The position numbers and the translations under genes are program-made. The notes below the pieces were generated by a model. That model searched no databases. It was not told the origin of the DNA and worked only from the letters and a program-made list of their open reading frames with translations. 64,000 bases of DNA from Acidimicrobiales bacterium (GTDB taxonomy: Bacteria > Actinomycetota > Acidimicrobiia > Acidimicrobiales > Iamiaceae). Shown here one piece after another: positions 61,641 to 64,000 of this stretch (positions are counted from its first letter, which is position 1; every line of letters begins with the position of its first letter). The DNA lies in assembly GCA_030448105.1 (NCBI GenBank), contig JAUJNP010000005.1, positions 170,814 through 234,813 of the forward strand, in the 5' to 3' direction.

Positions 61641-61677
61641 GGGCGGCACGCTACGCAGGCGGTGGAAACATGGGGCG

Positions 61678-62574
61678 ATGAAGGTCCGCATCGGCTTCGG
61701 GCTCGGAACCCGCACCCTCACCAACGACGCCGCCACCTTCGGGCCCTTCGTCGACACCCTCGAACGCCTGCGCTTCGACTCGCTCTGGCTGTCGGAGCGG
61801 CTCACCGGGGAGGCGCCCGACCCGCTGGTGGCGCTGGCCTTCGCCGCCGGGCGCACCGAGCACCTGAAGCTCGGCACCAGCGTGCTGGTGGTGCCCGGCC
61901 GCAACCCGGTGGTGCTGGCCAAGGAGCTGGCCAGCCTCGACCGCCTCTCGGCCGGCCGCCTGCTGCCCGCCGTGGGCCTCGGTGCCCCGAACCCCGCCGA
62001 GCACCGGGCCTTCGGCGTGGCCCGGGGGGAGCGGGCCGCCTGGTTCGACGAGGCCGTCGGGCTCATGCGCCGCCTGTGGACCGAGGACGACGTGGACCAC
62101 CACGGCGAGCGCTTCTCGGTGGAGGGCGTGACCCTGCTCCCCAAGCCGCACCAGGCGCCGATCGACGTGTGGCTGGGCGGCACGTCACCTTCGGAGCTGC
62201 GCCGCACCGGTCGCCTCGGCGACGGCTGGCTGCCGTCGTTCTGCACTGTGGCGGACCTGCGCGACGGGTGGCCCGTCATCACCTCGGCCGCCGCCGAGCA
62301 CGGTCGCCAGATCGACCCGGAGCACCTCGGCGCGCTGGTGGCCTACAGCCATTCCGGCGTGCCCGACGCGGTGGCCGCGCTCCTCGCCCACCGTCGCCCC
62401 GAGCTCGACCCCACGCAGGTCATCCCCGTGGGGCTGCCGGCCCTGCGCGCCCGCCTGGGGGACATGGTGGAGGTCGGTGCGTCCAAGTTCGTGGTGGTAC
62501 CCCTCGACGAGCCACCCGACTGGGACGCCGAGCTGGAGGCCGTGGCGACCGAGCTGATGCCCTTGCAGACCTGA
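61678..62574 (+). CDS. LLM-class F420-dependent oxidoreductase
   Basis: Tail of ORF 61159..62574; start ATG 61678 (MKVRIGFGLG). ...SLWLSERL...AVGLGAPNP.... Confidence 0.85.
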   Translation: MKVRIGFGLGTRTLTNDAATFGPFVDTLERLRFDSLWLSERLTGEAPDPLVALAFAAGRTEHLKLGTSVLVVPGRNPVVLAKELASLDRLSAGRLLPAVGLGAPNPAEHRAFGVARGERAAWFDEAVGLMRRLWTEDDVDHHGERFSVEGVTLLPKPHQAPIDVWLGGTSPSELRRTGRLGDGWLPSFCTVADLRDGWPVITSAAAEHGRQIDPEHLGALVAYSHSGVPDAVAALLAHRRPELDPTQVIPVGLPALRARLGDMVEVGASKFVVVPLDEPPDWDAELEAVATELMPLQT

Positions 62575-62593
62575 GCCGCCCGGCACTCTTACA

Positions 62594-62635
62594 CTCGGAG
62601 TGCAAGTTCAAACGCTCGGCGTGCAAGTTCACACG
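62594..62635 (+). promoter_or_regulatory. tandem 21-bp direct repeat immediately upstream of the 62647 gene (candidate regulator-binding site)
   Basis: ctcggagtgcaagttcaaacg (62594-62614) and ctcggcgtgcaagttcacacg (62615-62635), 19/21 identical. AT-richer than the surroundings; ends 11 nt before GTG 62647 and abuts the [12 protein letters not shown]. Confidence 0.4.
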
Positions 62636-62646
62636 AGGAGAGGGCC

Positions 62647-63768
62647 GTGACCACCGATCAGCTGGAGCTCGGCCAGGTCGAGTTCGACGAGGCCGAGCTG
62701 CTCGCCTCCCACGAGTACGCCGAGCCGCTCGTCGCCGGCGGCGTGCGCTGCCACGGCGGGTTCGACGCCGCTGGCACCTACGTCTCGCCCCGCACCCGCA
62801 ACCGCCTCCCGGCCATCGACGCGTGGCAGGCTCGCCACCGTCGCGACTTCGGAACCGAGCTGCTCGACCTGCCCCTCGACACCTGGCCCGAGGCCTACCC
62901 CAACGTGGCCCAGGCGCGGTTCCTCATCGAGTCCGGCGTACCCGAGCCGATCATCGCCACGCTCACCCGCATCGGTACGGTCGAGGGGTTCGGGGCGATG
63001 ATCCGGTACTCGGTGCTGCCCGACCTCACAAGGCAGTTCGACCAGGACGTGCGGGGCACGGCCATGGCCCACCTCGGCCGAGGCCTCTACGAGGCCCACG
63101 CCCGGGACGAAGCCGGCTTCGACGGGGAGGGCGGCCACAAGCAGATGTGGTTCGCCGCCCGCGACATCGCCTTCGAGGATCCCGTCACCGCCGACGAGAC
63201 CGACCTGATGCTCGAGCGCATGGGCATCGCCACGCCCGGCAGCGGCGGCCGGGTGGAGCCGGGGCGCCTCCGGGCCCAGGCCCTGGCGGACCGCATCCTC
63301 CCCGACGACGTGGACTTCGACCTCGAGTCCCTCGTCGAACGCATGACCCGCCTCCTGCTGATCGAGATCTCCGCCTTCCACACCTTTGCCTGGGCCGAGG
63401 CCCTACTCGCCGACACCGAGGTCGTGGCCGGCGACGGCGAGGCCGCCCGCCTCGTGTCCTACATCCGGGCCGACGAGACGCCCCACGTGCAGTACCTGCG
63501 CACCGTGCTCTCCGAGATGCGGGACCGCACGGTGGTCACCACCAGTGGGCGCCGGCTGGCGGGTGCCGACGTGGTCGGCCCCATCTGGGACCGGGCGCTC
63601 GAGCAGTCCCTCGGCGCCCGCCGCCGCGAGGGCCTGGAGACGACGTGGCGAGAGGTGGCCCACGCCGTCGAAGGACGTTTCGATGCGGCCGACCTGCTGG
63701 CCCGCTTCGACGAGCTCGGATCGGTGCACCGCGACGCCCAGGGCAGCTGGAGCAGCGCCGCCGCCTGA
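62647..63768 (+). CDS. hypothetical protein, possible ferritin-like di-iron fold
   Basis: 373 aa; good codon bias. Carboxylate/His motifs spaced as in di-iron helix bundles (…TVEGFGAM…, …YEAHARDE…, …LLIEISAFH…, …RADETPHVQYL…). Assignment is tentative. Confidence 0.6.
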   Translation: MTTDQLELGQVEFDEAELLASHEYAEPLVAGGVRCHGGFDAAGTYVSPRTRNRLPAIDAWQARHRRDFGTELLDLPLDTWPEAYPNVAQARFLIESGVPEPIIATLTRIGTVEGFGAMIRYSVLPDLTRQFDQDVRGTAMAHLGRGLYEAHARDEAGFDGEGGHKQMWFAARDIAFEDPVTADETDLMLERMGIATPGSGGRVEPGRLRAQALADRILPDDVDFDLESLVERMTRLLLIEISAFHTFAWAEALLADTEVVAGDGEAARLVSYIRADETPHVQYLRTVLSEMRDRTVVTTSGRRLAGADVVGPIWDRALEQSLGARRREGLETTWREVAHAVEGRFDAADLLARFDELGSVHRDAQGSWSSAAA

Positions 63769-63839
63769 CCCAACCGGGCCGCCGAGGTGGTCGCGCTCAT
63801 GCTGACCGGCGCCGAACCAGCGCAACAGGCTCGGAGCAG

Positions 63840-64000
63840 CTACGCGCAGCGAGTCACTTCGAGCACCCAGCCCACCCGTCGCACCTCCGCCCCACTCCGG
63901 CTGGCCCACCCGGAGAGCTGGTCGCCGAGCGCCTCGGTGTCGGCTGGGCGGTCTCCCACCAGGTGCACGCGGGCGCAGCTCTGGCCGCCGGCACCGCGCC
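63840..64000 (-). CDS. possible 3' end of a minus-strand gene continuing beyond the window
   Basis: Open frame with about 85% GC3 reading ...RVHLVGDRPADTEALGDQLSGWASRSGAEVRRVGWVLEVTRCA-stop (TAG at 63842-63840). No family recognised. Confidence 0.35.
   Translation of the reverse strand, partial: RGAGGQSCARVHLVGDRPADTEALGDQLSGWASRSGAEVRRVGWVLEVTRCA

Noticed and set aside
1-64000. Prophage, genomic island, IS element, integron, tRNA/rRNA genes
   Set aside because: No integrase, transposase, phage structural or replication genes were recognised. GC content is uniformly high except in short promoter-like gaps. No tRNA-like or rRNA-like sequence was noticed by eye; small ncRNAs cannot be excluded without a covariance-model scan.

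Overview
High-GC (about 70%) actinobacterial-type chromosomal window with about 60 protein-coding genes, mostly housekeeping or accessory metabolism. By eye there are no rRNA or tRNA genes, no cas genes, and no transposase, integrase or phage genes. All product calls rest on motifs read from the supplied translations, gene order and GC3-style codon bias; no database search was possible. Most long ORFs in the six-frame track are antisense artefacts of the high GC content.

Gene content, left to right:
- Two convergent suf Fe-S assembly gene sets: (sufC)-sufS-sufU on the + strand, and sufB-[Cys-rich ORF]-sufD-Rieske-sufC on the - strand.
- A beta-class SPPY DNA methyltransferase and a heterodimeric ABC exporter pair.
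- UbiB kinase, oligopeptidase B, and a membrane PAS-GGDEF-EAL protein.
- modABC plus an HTH-TOBE regulator, lgt, and an ECF sigma fused to a ZAS anti-sigma/TM module.
- General-stress-type proteins, several F420-type LLM/PPOX enzymes, fumC, an ABC-F ATPase, an MMPL transporter and an acyl-CoA synthetase.

Main second-look items:
1. An in-frame TGA at 22206-22208 joins two track ORFs into a U-G-S-C-T-S-C (UxxCxxC) selenoprotein candidate. A perfect hairpin lies directly 3' of the TGA. The gene is the last of a tightly coupled 4-gene unit that includes a thioredoxin-fusion protein.
2. Two families of dispersed intergenic repeats. One is a 28-nt G-rich core present 4 times. The other is a ~66-nt palindromic element present 3 times, plus one degenerate copy of its 14-mer head at the 18.9 kb locus and two extra 17-nt tail copies at the 55.2 kb locus. 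At several loci these sit between long direct duplications that re-create the last codons and stop of the upstream gene (sufB, a serine hydrolase, and in miniature the acyl-CoA synthetase).
3. sufD and an MBL-fold hydrolase have conserved N-terminal sequence upstream of any ATG/GTG/TTG. Each has a CTG placed 6 nt after a Shine-Dalgarno-like sequence.
4. A 4-Cys small protein is embedded in the suf operon.
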